Source of the DNA: Opitutia bacterium
GTDB lineage: Bacteria; Verrucomicrobiota; Verrucomicrobiia; Opitutales; Seribacteraceae
DNA length: 64,000 nucleotides
Direction of reading: 5' to 3'
Assembly: GCA_018675995.1 (NCBI GenBank)
Contig: JABGWZ010000065.1
Coordinates: 783 to 64,782, forward strand
The notes under the pieces are model-generated. The model was given only the letters and a program-made list of their open reading frames with translations. It was not told the origin of the DNA and did no database searches. This document shows, piece by piece, positions 29,237 to 39,038 of this stretch. Each line of letters opens with the position of its first letter. Positions within the stretch are counted from its first letter, which is position 1. The translations under genes and the position numbers were made by a program.

Positions 29237-30142
29237 TCATTCCTCGTCAGGTTTTACTTCTACAGGTTTATTTTCAGCAACATAAACCCCGCTCCGCTCA
29301 ATGGTAAGCAATTGTCCAACAACAGCATATGATGGGTCACTTACCTGTTCCTCGCTTACAAACTCAAGAAATGAAAAGTTTTGCTGAACCAATGTAGCTT
29401 TAAGGCGAAAAGGTAAAATTGAGGATGCGTTTTCGTTCTTGGTTAAAAATTCCATGTTTTCCCTAAATCCGTTCTCATACCCTTCATTTATAAAGAAACC
29501 CTTTCCGGAGGGTGCACGATTAGCGACTTCAACACCTCTTTTATCTCCGTAGTAAATATGGAATGGTTTTTTTATCACCTCCATCATTCTTTCTTGTTCC
29601 TCCATAAAATTATCAACCGATAGGTTTCTTGTATTTTCCAATAATTCAAACTTCGACTGAACCTTATCGGCATTGCTTTTCACCAAGGCTAGATTCTGAC
29701 TCACTTTTATTTTTTCCTCTTCTAAAAGTTTTTTCTTTTCCTCGAGGGGTAAACTTTGTTTAGCAATCTCGTCAAGAGGAACTCGAGCAGTTGAAACCTT
29801 CTCTTCTGTTACAATCAATTCTTCATTTTTCGCTTTATTTTTCTTTTTTAAATCGGCAAGTTTTCTTGTGACTCCATCAATTTCTAGCTCTAAATTCCCG
29901 ATTTTAGAAACCTGCTCTTCTTCCTTATTTCGAAAGTCTACTCTCGAACGGAATACAATAGACAACTCTTTCTCGGATTCATTTTTATCAGCATCTAATT
30001 GAACAACCAATTCATCATGCTCTCGAGTAGCATTTTCAAGGTTTTGCTTAAGAGAAGTCGGTCCTAAATCGCTGACAACGATATAAACGACAATACCGAC
30101 TAAAGAAAGCCACGTACATGCTCTAAAGATAAACAAGATCAA
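29237..30142 (-). CDS. Membrane-anchored coiled-coil protein with C-terminal FlgT-C-like beta domain (B)
   Basis: N-terminal TM helix, about 170 aa of E/K/L heptad-rich sequence, and INEGYENGFRENMEF. Confidence 0.75.
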   Translation of the reverse strand: MILFIFRACTWLSLVGIVVYIVVSDLGPTSLKQNLENATREHDELVVQLDADKNESEKELSIVFRSRVDFRNKEEEQVSKIGNLELEIDGVTRKLADLKKKNKAKNEELIVTEEKVSTARVPLDEIAKQSLPLEEKKKLLEEEKIKVSQNLALVKSNADKVQSKFELLENTRNLSVDNFMEEQERMMEVIKKPFHIYYGDKRGVEVANRAPSGKGFFINEGYENGFRENMEFLTKNENASSILPFRLKATLVQQNFSFLEFVSEEQVSDPSYAVVGQLLTIERSGVYVAENKPVEVKPDEE

Positions 30143-30971
30143 AATCTTTAATTTCCATTAGCTCTTTAGGGGATCCTAGAAGAGGTACTATCATTGCGAC
30201 GCAGTGGTCAAATGCAACTTCCTTAATTCTTACCTGGCAAATATTTTTCCCCTTCGCACGAACGGAAAATAGCATACTCTGTTCGATACCATGATTCTTG
30301 CCAACGGGAAGCACCAAAATTCCTGTAACTAGATCTAAGGTGGACGAAGAAACTGTGAGTCTTTCTCCTCGCTCAAGCCAGGGGTGTTCATAAAAATCCT
30401 TTTTTAGCCCAACAATAGTGTAGTCATAATGCTGTTTTAAAATCTGTGTCTCTTTTTCATAGGTGGTTAATTTCTCCTCTAAATCAAACTTTCTTTTTTC
30501 TTCATTGCTAATTTGATTTCTTAAAATGCTAATCTCCTGCTCAAGCACTGGTATACTCATAGACAATCTCCTCAAGTTTTCCTGGGCTGTTCTTACCTCC
30601 GCATCCATACCTGCCATGCTTAATTTGCTTTTTTGGATTGAAGCAGACAAATCCTCTAATTCTTGATCAGCAACTTCAGTCGAAGTTTTTAATTCATCTC
30701 GCTTTCTTTCAAGATCCACGATCTCGTCTGTCTTGGCGTTGCCAGACTCCTCCAACTCAGAATTCTTTCTCTTCTCACGATTAAGTTTATCAGCTTGCCC
30801 ATTTTTTGCTTCCTCAACTGCAAATTTCATCTCAGCAGATTTTGTCGCCATAATCTTCAACTCGTTTTGTAAAAATTCATTTTCAGCTTGGGTGGAGAAA
30901 ATTTCCCAAGCAATAAGAATACACAATATTAATGCAACTGAGTTCAAACCATATGCAACTTTCGAGATCAT
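30123..30971 (-). CDS. Membrane-anchored coiled-coil protein with C-terminal FlgT-C-like beta domain (A)
   Basis: N-terminal TM helix (from ATG 30971, MISKVAY, 1 nt after the lipoprotein TGA), a long heptad region, and LPVGKNHGIEQSMLFSV. Confidence 0.75.
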   Translation of the reverse strand: MISKVAYGLNSVALILCILIAWEIFSTQAENEFLQNELKIMATKSAEMKFAVEEAKNGQADKLNREKRKNSELEESGNAKTDEIVDLERKRDELKTSTEVADQELEDLSASIQKSKLSMAGMDAEVRTAQENLRRLSMSIPVLEQEISILRNQISNEEKRKFDLEEKLTTYEKETQILKQHYDYTIVGLKKDFYEHPWLERGERLTVSSSTLDLVTGILVLPVGKNHGIEQSMLFSVRAKGKNICQVRIKEVAFDHCVAMIVPLLGSPKELMEIKDFDLVYL

Positions 30972-30972
30972 A

Positions 30973-31587
30973 TCAAAGAGGCGGCAAGGGGGCGAAGGGA
31001 GAAGGTGGAGGTGGTGTGGCATCATTTGCAGGTGGCAAGTCTTCCTGCATTAAAGGTAAGGATTGATCCTCGAAAGGTTCTTGCGAAGGCATATCTATAC
31101 CTTGTGGAATAAAGGGAGCAGGTACAAATTCATCTCCTCCAACAAGCGACTCATCAGTTTTCTCTTCAGATTCATTATCACCCTGTTCCTCTATTGTTGC
31201 AATTTCCGATAACTTTAACCTCCGAGCTTCCACAAGAACTTCATTTGCTTCCTCCCAACGAGATTCACGTAAAGTATCTAATCTTGCATTGTGATATTTA
31301 AGCAAATTTTCACCCTTGAATGGTTTCATCACCCAGTATCGATCGTAATCGACTCGGCCATTCGTATCCCTACCCCGAATACGCCCAACTTTTTTCTCTT
31401 CGTACATGGAAACCATTCTTCTGTTATCTAAGTCGTAATGGTACCTTGAACCCCAAGCCTGATGAACTTTTGCAACTTGATTTTTGTCCATAGCCCCACA
31501 GCCAATAAGAAACAAACTAATTGGAAACGAATATAAAAAATGTAAGAGCTTTGGATTCAAACATGTACATTTAAATTTATTCATCAC
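30973..31587 (-). CDS. Uncharacterised lipoprotein with acidic/Pro-rich tail
   Basis: Lipobox LIGC, a domain shared with 25597..26199, and C-terminus PPPPSPFAPLPPL. Confidence 0.8.
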   Translation of the reverse strand: MMNKFKCTCLNPKLLHFLYSFPISLFLIGCGAMDKNQVAKVHQAWGSRYHYDLDNRRMVSMYEEKKVGRIRGRDTNGRVDYDRYWVMKPFKGENLLKYHNARLDTLRESRWEEANEVLVEARRLKLSEIATIEEQGDNESEEKTDESLVGGDEFVPAPFIPQGIDMPSQEPFEDQSLPLMQEDLPPANDATPPPPSPFAPLPPL

Positions 31588-31647
31588 TCAAATGCAAGAA
31601 CGCAACGAATCAATACATTTAAAATTATTGTATAATCTTCCAAGAGA

Positions 31648-32103
31648 TTAATAATTCTTCATTCTCGAATCTAGCCAAAGGGAATAAGGTCCGTCATCAA
31701 TCGCCATAATTTTCATATTCTCACCAAATCCACCCGTTTGTATATTACCAGCGTATTGCTCACGTAGCATTTCGATGAATTGAAAATATAAAACTTCAGC
31801 AGTAGCTGGAGATGCAGCGTTGTGAAAAGACGCTCTGTATCCTTTTTTAAAAGATGCTAGAAGGGTAAATTGACTTATAATGAGTAAACCATAATTTCCT
31901 GCCTCTACCGACAAATTCATCTTTTGGCTATCGTCTTCAAAGACCTTCACCCCGAGGAGTTTTTTAATAATCCAAGCTATATCTTCAACTCTGTCGTCTC
32001 GATGAATTCCAACATAAATAAGCAGTCCCTTCGATATTTCTCCTATTTTTTCTCTGTTAACTGAAACAGTAGCTTTGGACACCCTGCGAATTAATGTTCT
32101 CAT
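31648..32103 (-). CDS. dtd: D-aminoacyl-tRNA deacylase
   Basis: MRTLIRRVSKATVSV, ISQFTL, GGFGENM, DGP. Confidence 0.92.
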   Translation of the reverse strand: MRTLIRRVSKATVSVNREKIGEISKGLLIYVGIHRDDRVEDIAWIIKKLLGVKVFEDDSQKMNLSVEAGNYGLLIISQFTLLASFKKGYRASFHNAASPATAEVLYFQFIEMLREQYAGNIQTGGFGENMKIMAIDDGPYSLWLDSRMKNY

Positions 32104-32203
32104 TCAAGTAAATCGAGTGGCCTACCAAACTAAATTTTATGCTAGAACTATACTTGAAGTAGGTAAAAGAACTCCGCATCAAAAATTTTACTGAACAAAA
32201 AGA

Positions 32204-33172
32204 TTAGTCTTCGGCAACTGCGTCCATAACTTCTGCAGCTGCTTCAGCCGCCAATGGAGTTGATAAATATCGTTCTCCACAACTTGCACCGACAACAACT
32301 ATATTTTTACCAGCCATTTCAGGTCGCTTGGCAATCCGCAATGCCGCAGTTACAGTTGCTCCAGTTGATATTCCACCAAGCACTCCTTCTTTTATACTCA
32401 ATTTGCGTGCCATATCAAAAGCTTCATCGCTAGTAACAAGCTCGACTTCATCGACAATATCCAAATTTAAGTTTTTGGGAACAAATCCAGCACCTATTCC
32501 TTGGATTTTGTGGGGGCCGGGCTTTATCTCTTCTCCATTTTTAGTTTGAGAAATGACAGGGCTTTCAGCAGGTTCTACGGCTACAGAGATCATATCAGGG
32601 TTTCTTTTTTTTATGATTTCTGAGACACCAGTTATTGTTCCACCCGTTCCGACACCGGCAACAAAGCAATCTATTTTCCCTTCGGTGGAGGTCCAAATTT
32701 CTTCGGCAGTTGTTTGGCGGTGAACTTCTGGATTGGCAGGATTATTGAATTGCTGAGGCATGTAAGCTTTTTCACCATGTTCTTCCATAAGTTGTGTTGC
32801 TTTGGCGATAGCTCCCCCCATTCCTTTCGGCCCGGGCGTAAGTACAATATCGGCACCTAACAACTTGAGTAAAAGTCTTCTTTCTTTCGACATCGTCTCG
32901 GGCATAGTAAGAATGCATTTGTAACCCTTGGCCGCACAAACAAACGCCAATGCAATTCCGGTGTTTCCAGATGTTGGCTCAATTACAACACTGTCAGGTT
33001 TTAACGAACCATCTTTTTCTGCAGTTTCAATCATAGCTGCACCAATGCGATCTTTAACACTGGCTAAAGGATTGAAAAATTCGGATTTCAAAAATATGCG
33101 TGCGGTTGTACCTTCTGTAATTTTTGTAAGTTCAACGAGGGGAGTTTTTCCTATCGATTCAATAATATTCAT
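32204..33172 (-). CDS. cysK: Cysteine synthase A
   Basis: [51 protein letters not shown]. Confidence 0.96.
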   Translation of the reverse strand: MNIIESIGKTPLVELTKITEGTTARIFLKSEFFNPLASVKDRIGAAMIETAEKDGSLKPDSVVIEPTSGNTGIALAFVCAAKGYKCILTMPETMSKERRLLLKLLGADIVLTPGPKGMGGAIAKATQLMEEHGEKAYMPQQFNNPANPEVHRQTTAEEIWTSTEGKIDCFVAGVGTGGTITGVSEIIKKRNPDMISVAVEPAESPVISQTKNGEEIKPGPHKIQGIGAGFVPKNLNLDIVDEVELVTSDEAFDMARKLSIKEGVLGGISTGATVTAALRIAKRPEMAGKNIVVVGASCGERYLSTPLAAEAAAEVMDAVAED

Positions 33173-33195
33173 AACTTTATATATTTCTTCTTTGG

Positions 33196-33474
33196 CTATC
33201 TTCTCTTGCCTCTCGGTCCAAAACTTCGGATTGGCGCGTTTCTGTTTACCTCAGCATTCTTGAGTCTGTAAACTATTCTAGCTTTTTGTAGATCTTGTGT
33301 GCTCATTTCCATTTTCACAATATCACCCACGGTAATTTTGATAAAGTGCTTACGCAGTTTCCCAGAGATATGGGCCAAAACTTGATGACCATTTTCCAAC
33401 TCGGCCCTAAACATTGTACTTGGCAAAACTGCAGTAATTTTACCTTCTACTTCAATAACTTCTTCTCCTGACAT
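33196..33474 (-). CDS. infA: Translation initiation factor IF-1 with C-terminal extension
   Basis: IEVEGKI...[31 protein letters not shown]...GD. Confidence 0.96.
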   Translation of the reverse strand: MSGEEVIEVEGKITAVLPSTMFRAELENGHQVLAHISGKLRKHFIKITVGDIVKMEMSTQDLQKARIVYRLKNAEVNRNAPIRSFGPRGKRR

Positions 33475-33583
33475 AAATTCTTAATTAATAAAGATAACAT
33501 CATTCCATCTTCGTAGATAACGTCAAGTGTGTCCTTGTAAGATTATGGTTTCCATTTGGGTGCCAACCAAATAAAGAAGATGA

Positions 33584-34096
33584 ATGAAGGTTTCTGATCC
33601 CTGCCCTTTTCCAAAAGAGTTTCCAAGTCAATTGATGAAAGACTCCAATTTCTTCATGCAGCATGCTTATAATCAATCAATTAATGCCTGGAACGCAGAC
33701 GAAGTTCCAGTTGGTGCAGTTATGGTTCATAACGAAGAAATTATTGCATCTGCCCATAACCAAACCAGAACGCAGAAAGACCCAAGTGCTCACGCGGAAA
33801 TGATCGCTATTTCGCAGGCGGCTAGGCATATAGGCGACTGGCGTCTAAACGAATGTAAACTCTATGTAACCAAAGAGCCCTGTCCTATGTGTGCAGGTGC
33901 AACTATTATTTCCCGTATTAAGGAAATTCATTTTGCATTAGTAGACCCTAAGATGGGAGGACTCGGTGGAGCTACATCCCTGCATGAACTCCCTCAGTCA
34001 AATCACAAACCGAATGTGTATGCAGGGACTATGGAAAAAGAGTGTAAAACTCTTTTCCAGGCCTTTTTTCAATTAAAGCGAAAGTCACCCTCTTAA
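33584..34096 (+). CDS. tadA: tRNA-specific adenosine deaminase
   Basis: EVPVGAV, DPSAHAEM, LYVTKEPCPMCAGA. Confidence 0.93.
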   Translation: MKVSDPCPFPKEFPSQLMKDSNFFMQHAYNQSINAWNADEVPVGAVMVHNEEIIASAHNQTRTQKDPSAHAEMIAISQAARHIGDWRLNECKLYVTKEPCPMCAGATIISRIKEIHFALVDPKMGGLGGATSLHELPQSNHKPNVYAGTMEKECKTLFQAFFQLKRKSPS

Positions 34097-34177
34097 AATT
34101 ATTGCTTCGCCAATTTGAATAAGCTAATAACATTTATATCGTCGTTATATTCAATCTAACAATTAAATTTCATTACA

Positions 34178-34798
34178 ATGTCCTTTACACTACCTGAATT
34201 AAGCTTTTCTACCAACGCCCTTGAGCCCCATATAGACGCTAGAACGATGGAGATTCATCACGGCAAGCATCATCAAACTTATATTACTAATTTGAACAAT
34301 GCACTCAATGGACATGACCAACTTCTATCGATGCGAATTGAGGATCTAATTTCAGACCTTAGCTCGCTGCCTGAATCAGTCCAAGGAGCCGTGCGAAACA
34401 ACGGAGGCGGACATGCCAATCACTCCTTCTTTTGGGAGTCCCTTTCCCCATCAGGTGGTGGATTACCATCAGGAGAATTGGCAGATTCGATTTCTTCCAC
34501 TTTTGGGAATTTTGACGCATTGAAGGAAAGTTTTGCAAAAGCTGCTTTAACACGATTTGGTTCCGGATGGGCCTGGCTCATTCAACGGGCTGATGGAACA
34601 TTAGCCGTTACTTCCACCCCTAATCAAGATTCGCCCCTGATGGAAGGAATTGCCGACGAATGTGGCACTCCACTTATTGGACTCGATGTTTGGGAGCATG
34701 CTTACTACCTCAACTACCAAAATAGACGTCCCGATTATGTGGCAGCATTTTGGAATGTTTTAGATTGGGACCAGGTATCTTCTCGATTTAACGCATAA
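34178..34798 (+). CDS. sodA: Superoxide dismutase, Mn-type signature
   Basis: [30 protein letters not shown]. The GGG and Q positions are Mn-type determinants. Confidence 0.92.
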   Translation: MSFTLPELSFSTNALEPHIDARTMEIHHGKHHQTYITNLNNALNGHDQLLSMRIEDLISDLSSLPESVQGAVRNNGGGHANHSFFWESLSPSGGGLPSGELADSISSTFGNFDALKESFAKAALTRFGSGWAWLIQRADGTLAVTSTPNQDSPLMEGIADECGTPLIGLDVWEHAYYLNYQNRRPDYVAAFWNVLDWDQVSSRFNA

Positions 34799-34976
34799 TG
34801 TTAAATGCTTTTGGGTGTTATAACCCTTTAAATATTGATTTATTCGTCAATTTCTAGAAAAACTTAAATTTTGCCTTCGTTAATTAGTTGAGCAAGGTAA
34901 AATATTTTACATGCATAATAACTTTAATGCTGTGTGCAAAGTAACTTATAAAAATTTATTAAAGTAATTATCAAGG

Positions 34977-35642
34977 GTGGCATTGGGAGGAATTATCTTT
35001 GATTGGGATGGAGTGGTAATTAACTCAGCCAAATTGCATGAACAAAGCTGGGAATTATTAGCAAACGAACTGGGGCATAATCTTCCCAATGGCCACTTCA
35101 AAGCTGGATTTGGGAAAAGGAATGAGATTATTATATCTGATATCCTCAAATGGACACTCGACAGGGATGAGATATTAGATTGGGGTAAAAGAAAGGAAGT
35201 TCTGTACCGTAAGCTTGGCCGTTCAAAAGGAATTCCTATACTAGATGGAGTAAGAGATCTTCTCCGATCACTCAAACATTTTGGTTTACCATGTGCGATT
35301 GGTACCTCAACTGAAAAGGAAAATTTGGAATTAGCTTTTGAGCAATTGAATCTCGCTTCCTTTTTTTCCGGAATGATTTGTTCAGAAGATGTAAAACAAG
35401 GAAAGCCGAATCCCGAAGTTTTTATTAAAGCTGCACAAATCATATCACAGGAACCAGAAAACTGTGTGGTACTGGAAGACAGTACACATGGTATCGAAGC
35501 TGCCAAAAGAGGTGGAATGAAAGCACTAGGTCTCTCGACAACAAGAAGTGCAGAAGAATTATTAGACTGCGGTGCTGACCTGGTTGTTGAATCACCAAAA
35601 TTCATAAACATCTCCTTGCTCAAGAGCCTGTTTATGAATTGA
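34977..35642 (+). CDS. HAD-family phosphatase (beta-phosphoglucomutase-like)
   Basis: IFDWDGVVINS, GKPNPEVF, VLEDSTHGIEAA. Confidence 0.9.
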   Translation: MALGGIIFDWDGVVINSAKLHEQSWELLANELGHNLPNGHFKAGFGKRNEIIISDILKWTLDRDEILDWGKRKEVLYRKLGRSKGIPILDGVRDLLRSLKHFGLPCAIGTSTEKENLELAFEQLNLASFFSGMICSEDVKQGKPNPEVFIKAAQIISQEPENCVVLEDSTHGIEAAKRGGMKALGLSTTRSAEELLDCGADLVVESPKFINISLLKSLFMN

Positions 35643-36970
35643 ATTTAAAAATGAAGAATCTTGCCCTGCACTGGAAAATACTCATCGCCCTGGTACTTGC
35701 TTTCATTATCGGATTGTGGGCAAATATTTCGACCGAGTCATACCCTGAAAAACCCGACTGGTTTTCAAACCTTCATTATTTCTCCAACTTTTTCGGGTCT
35801 CTATTTCTAAACGCTCTAAAAATGGTGGTCATTCCACTCGTCATGACATCTATCATTTGTGGAGTTTCTAAAATTGGAGAAGATCAAGATTTTAGCCGAC
35901 TCGGAATGAAAACAATTTTGTTCTATTCTTTGACTGGTCTGCTAGCCGTAATTGTCGGTTTACTTTGTGTTAACCTAATCGAACCTGGGCAAGTCGAACC
36001 AGAACTTCGGGACAAAATGTTGGCGGGACAAAATTCAATGGCTGGTGAAAAACTTGATCGGGCTTTTCAGAATGCAGATAACGGATGGAAAGGAATAGTT
36101 GAAATCTTTCAGAGAATGATTCCTCAAAACCTCTTTAAAGCTGCAGTTGAGGGACAGCTCCTCGGCTTAATTTTCTTCAGCTTACTTTTTGGTTTTTTTA
36201 TAGCCCGATTACCCGATGGTCTTAAAAGCTCTCAGGTGTCGTTTTGGGAAGGATTAAATACAACCATTTTAGCCATTACTAATTTCATTATAAGCTTTGC
36301 TCCCTATGGCGTTTTTGGACTGGTGACTCCTACTTTAATGATGGTCGGTATTGAAACACTTTATGTGATGGGCACATTCGCTTTAACTGTCCTTCTTGGG
36401 CTTGGCATTCATAGCTTCGTCGTCCTTCCCTTATTGCTTCGTTTACTTGCAAACCTCAATTTCACCAAACACTTCAAGGCTGTTTCCCCTGCCCTACTGA
36501 CTGCGTTTTCGACAGCTTCCTCATCCGCAACGCTTCCCGTTACACTTGACTGCATAACCAAGCGGGCCGGGATTTCAAAAAAGATTGCCAGCTTCACATT
36601 ACCGCTTGGTGCAACAATGAATATGGACGGAACCGCATTATTTGAATGCGTAGTGGTGGTTTTTCTTGCCCAATTGTTTGGAATTGAAATGTCGTGGGTA
36701 ACCCAGTCAACCGTTGTACTCATGGCATTACTAACCTCCATTGGAGTAGCAGGCATCCCATCTGCCAGCCTTGTTGCCATTATTGTTATTTTACATGCTG
36801 TTGGTTTCCCTGAAGCTACAATTGCCATGGGCGTTGGTGTCGTTTTTGTTGTTGATCGAATACTTGATATGACCCGGACCGCAGTTAATGTTTTGGGTGA
36901 TAGCTGTGCTGCTGCTATCATTGGAAAATCCGAGGGTGAATCCGGCTATTACCAAGTAAAAGAAACTTAA
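35639..36970 (+). CDS. Dicarboxylate/amino acid:cation symporter (DAACS, GltP-like)
   Basis: AFSTASSSATLP, LPLGATMNMDGTALF, DRILDMTRTAVNV. The start may be ATG 35651. Confidence 0.93.
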   Translation: MNLKMKNLALHWKILIALVLAFIIGLWANISTESYPEKPDWFSNLHYFSNFFGSLFLNALKMVVIPLVMTSIICGVSKIGEDQDFSRLGMKTILFYSLTGLLAVIVGLLCVNLIEPGQVEPELRDKMLAGQNSMAGEKLDRAFQNADNGWKGIVEIFQRMIPQNLFKAAVEGQLLGLIFFSLLFGFFIARLPDGLKSSQVSFWEGLNTTILAITNFIISFAPYGVFGLVTPTLMMVGIETLYVMGTFALTVLLGLGIHSFVVLPLLLRLLANLNFTKHFKAVSPALLTAFSTASSSATLPVTLDCITKRAGISKKIASFTLPLGATMNMDGTALFECVVVVFLAQLFGIEMSWVTQSTVVLMALLTSIGVAGIPSASLVAIIVILHAVGFPEATIAMGVGVVFVVDRILDMTRTAVNVLGDSCAAAIIGKSEGESGYYQVKET

Positions 36971-36995
36971 TTGAATCTAAATTCTGAAACGACAC

Positions 36996-39038
36996 ATGGA
37001 TTTTAAATTAAAGTCCGATTACGAACCCAAAGGGGATCAACCACAAGCTATCAGGGGCTTAGTAGATTCTATCAAGATGGGAAATTCCGACCAAACTCTA
37101 CTTGGGGTGACCGGTTCAGGAAAAACATTCTCGATGGCGAATATTATTCAAAATCTGCAAAGACCTGCATTGATTATTTCACATAATAAAACACTCGCAG
37201 CTCAGTTATATTCGGAATTTAAATCTTTTTTCCCGGAAAATGCCGTAGAATATTTCGTGAGTTACTATGACTACTATCAACCGGAAGCCTATGTCCCCTC
37301 AACTGATACCTTTATTGAGAAAGATTCATCGATTAATGAAGAAATAGAGAGGTTACGGCTAGCGGCAACCGGTTCATTAATCAGTCGCAGAGATGTAATC
37401 GTTATTGCCAGCGTATCCTGTATTTATGGATTAGGTTCTCCGGATGACTTTCGTGCTTTATCAAAACAAATAGTTAAAGGTGAGCAACTAAACAGGGATG
37501 TTTTGTTGGAAAATTTAGTAGAAGCACTCTACAATCGTAATGATATGGATTTAAAAGCAGGACGCTTTCGTGTCCGTGGCGATGTAGTTGATCTATTTCC
37601 GGCCTATGCCAACAACCCTATTCGCGTAGAGTTTTGGGGAGATGAAGTCGAGGATATACGTGAATTGGACGCAATTTCTGGAGAAACTATTCGAACGCAT
37701 GACGAATTCAGGGTTTATCCAGCAAATCAATATGTCACAACAAAAGACAAACTCGAAGCTGGATGCAAAGATATCGAAAAAGAACTTGAAGAAAGAGTCG
37801 AATATTTTGAAAAAGAAAATCTCTTGCTCGAAGCACAGCGAATACGGATGCGGACTGAATATGATTTGGAAATGCTTCGTGAAATTGGTTTTTGTAATGG
37901 AATCGAAAATTATTCGAGGCACCTATCAGGTCGGAAACCTGAACAGCGACCATGGTGCTTGGTAGATTTCTTTCCAGATGATTTTCTTCTTTTTGTAGAT
38001 GAAAGTCATGCCACACTTCCCCAATTAGGTGGAATGTATAACGGTGATCGATCAAGAAAACAAAAGTTAGTCGATTTCGGCTTCCGCTTGCCATCTGCTT
38101 TGGACAATAGACCCTTAAAGCCAGAAGAGTTTGAAACGCTTACAGGACAATCCGTATATGTTTCTGCTACTCCCGCACCTCTCGAACTTGAGAAATCATC
38201 GATTGTTGTCGAACAACTTATACGCCCGACAGGATTGCTAGACCCTGAAATGGAAATTCGCCCGATAAAAGGACAGGTGGAGGACTGTATTGCAGAAATT
38301 AAAAAAGTTGTAGAAACAGGAAGCCGGATTTTAGTTACCACACTGACCAAAAGAATGACCGAGGACCTTGCTGAATTCCTCCGCGATCATGAAATAAAAG
38401 TAGAATATCTACACTCTGACATAGATGCCATAGAACGGGTTGAAATCTTAAGAAGTTTACGGGCTGGAACCTTTGATGTTTTAGTCGGAGTAAATTTATT
38501 GAGGGAAGGTCTTGACCTGCCGGAAGTTGCATTGGTGGTGGTATTGGATGCCGACAAGGAAGGGTTTCTACGAAGCGAGACTAGCCTTATCCAAACCGCT
38601 GGACGTGCGGCAAGGCACGATCAAGGTAGAGTAATTTTTTATGCGGATGTAATCACAAAGTCTCTGGCGCGGACCTTACAGGTATGCCAATACCGAAGAG
38701 AGAAACAAATGGCTTACAATGCAGAGCACAAAATAACTCCAAAAAGCGTTGTTCGCCCCTTGCAAGAAAGTTTGCGTAGTAAGGAAGATGAAGAAGGAGA
38801 CAACTTAGCCGTATCTGAGAACACTTCACCAAAAGAGGTTAAAAGGCTTCTCAAAGAATTGGAAAAAGAGATGCTGGATGCCGTGAAAAAACTTGAATTT
38901 GAAAAAGCCGCTTTACTACGGGATCAAATTTCATTTTTAAAGGACGGTGGTAAAACCTTAAAAAAAGCCAATGTTGGCGGATATTCAGGAAGAAAAAAGT
39001 TTGGGAAAAGAAAAAGGTATGGGAAGAAAAAGCCTTAA
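36996..39038 (+). CDS. uvrB: Excinuclease ABC subunit B
   Basis: LGVTGSGKT, YYDYYQPEAY, VDESH, SATP, LREGLDLPEV, and a C-terminal UVR domain. Confidence 0.98.
   Translation: MDFKLKSDYEPKGDQPQAIRGLVDSIKMGNSDQTLLGVTGSGKTFSMANIIQNLQRPALIISHNKTLAAQLYSEFKSFFPENAVEYFVSYYDYYQPEAYVPSTDTFIEKDSSINEEIERLRLAATGSLISRRDVIVIASVSCIYGLGSPDDFRALSKQIVKGEQLNRDVLLENLVEALYNRNDMDLKAGRFRVRGDVVDLFPAYANNPIRVEFWGDEVEDIRELDAISGETIRTHDEFRVYPANQYVTTKDKLEAGCKDIEKELEERVEYFEKENLLLEAQRIRMRTEYDLEMLREIGFCNGIENYSRHLSGRKPEQRPWCLVDFFPDDFLLFVDESHATLPQLGGMYNGDRSRKQKLVDFGFRLPSALDNRPLKPEEFETLTGQSVYVSATPAPLELEKSSIVVEQLIRPTGLLDPEMEIRPIKGQVEDCIAEIKKVVETGSRILVTTLTKRMTEDLAEFLRDHEIKVEYLHSDIDAIERVEILRSLRAGTFDVLVGVNLLREGLDLPEVALVVVLDADKEGFLRSETSLIQTAGRAARHDQGRVIFYADVITKSLARTLQVCQYRREKQMAYNAEHKITPKSVVRPLQESLRSKEDEEGDNLAVSENTSPKEVKRLLKELEKEMLDAVKKLEFEKAALLRDQISFLKDGGKTLKKANVGGYSGRKKFGKRKRYGKKKP

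Noticed and set aside
34946-35623. 225-aa antisense ORF
   Set aside because: It mirrors the HAD phosphatase, which carries all the family motifs.
36409-36921. 170-aa antisense ORF
   Set aside because: Shadow of the DAACS transporter's hydrophobic codons.
34799-36995. SOS/LexA box for uvrB
   Set aside because: I saw no TGTTC-N4-GAACA (reported Verrucomicrobia LexA motif) in the intergenic segments upstream of uvrB or the HAD gene.
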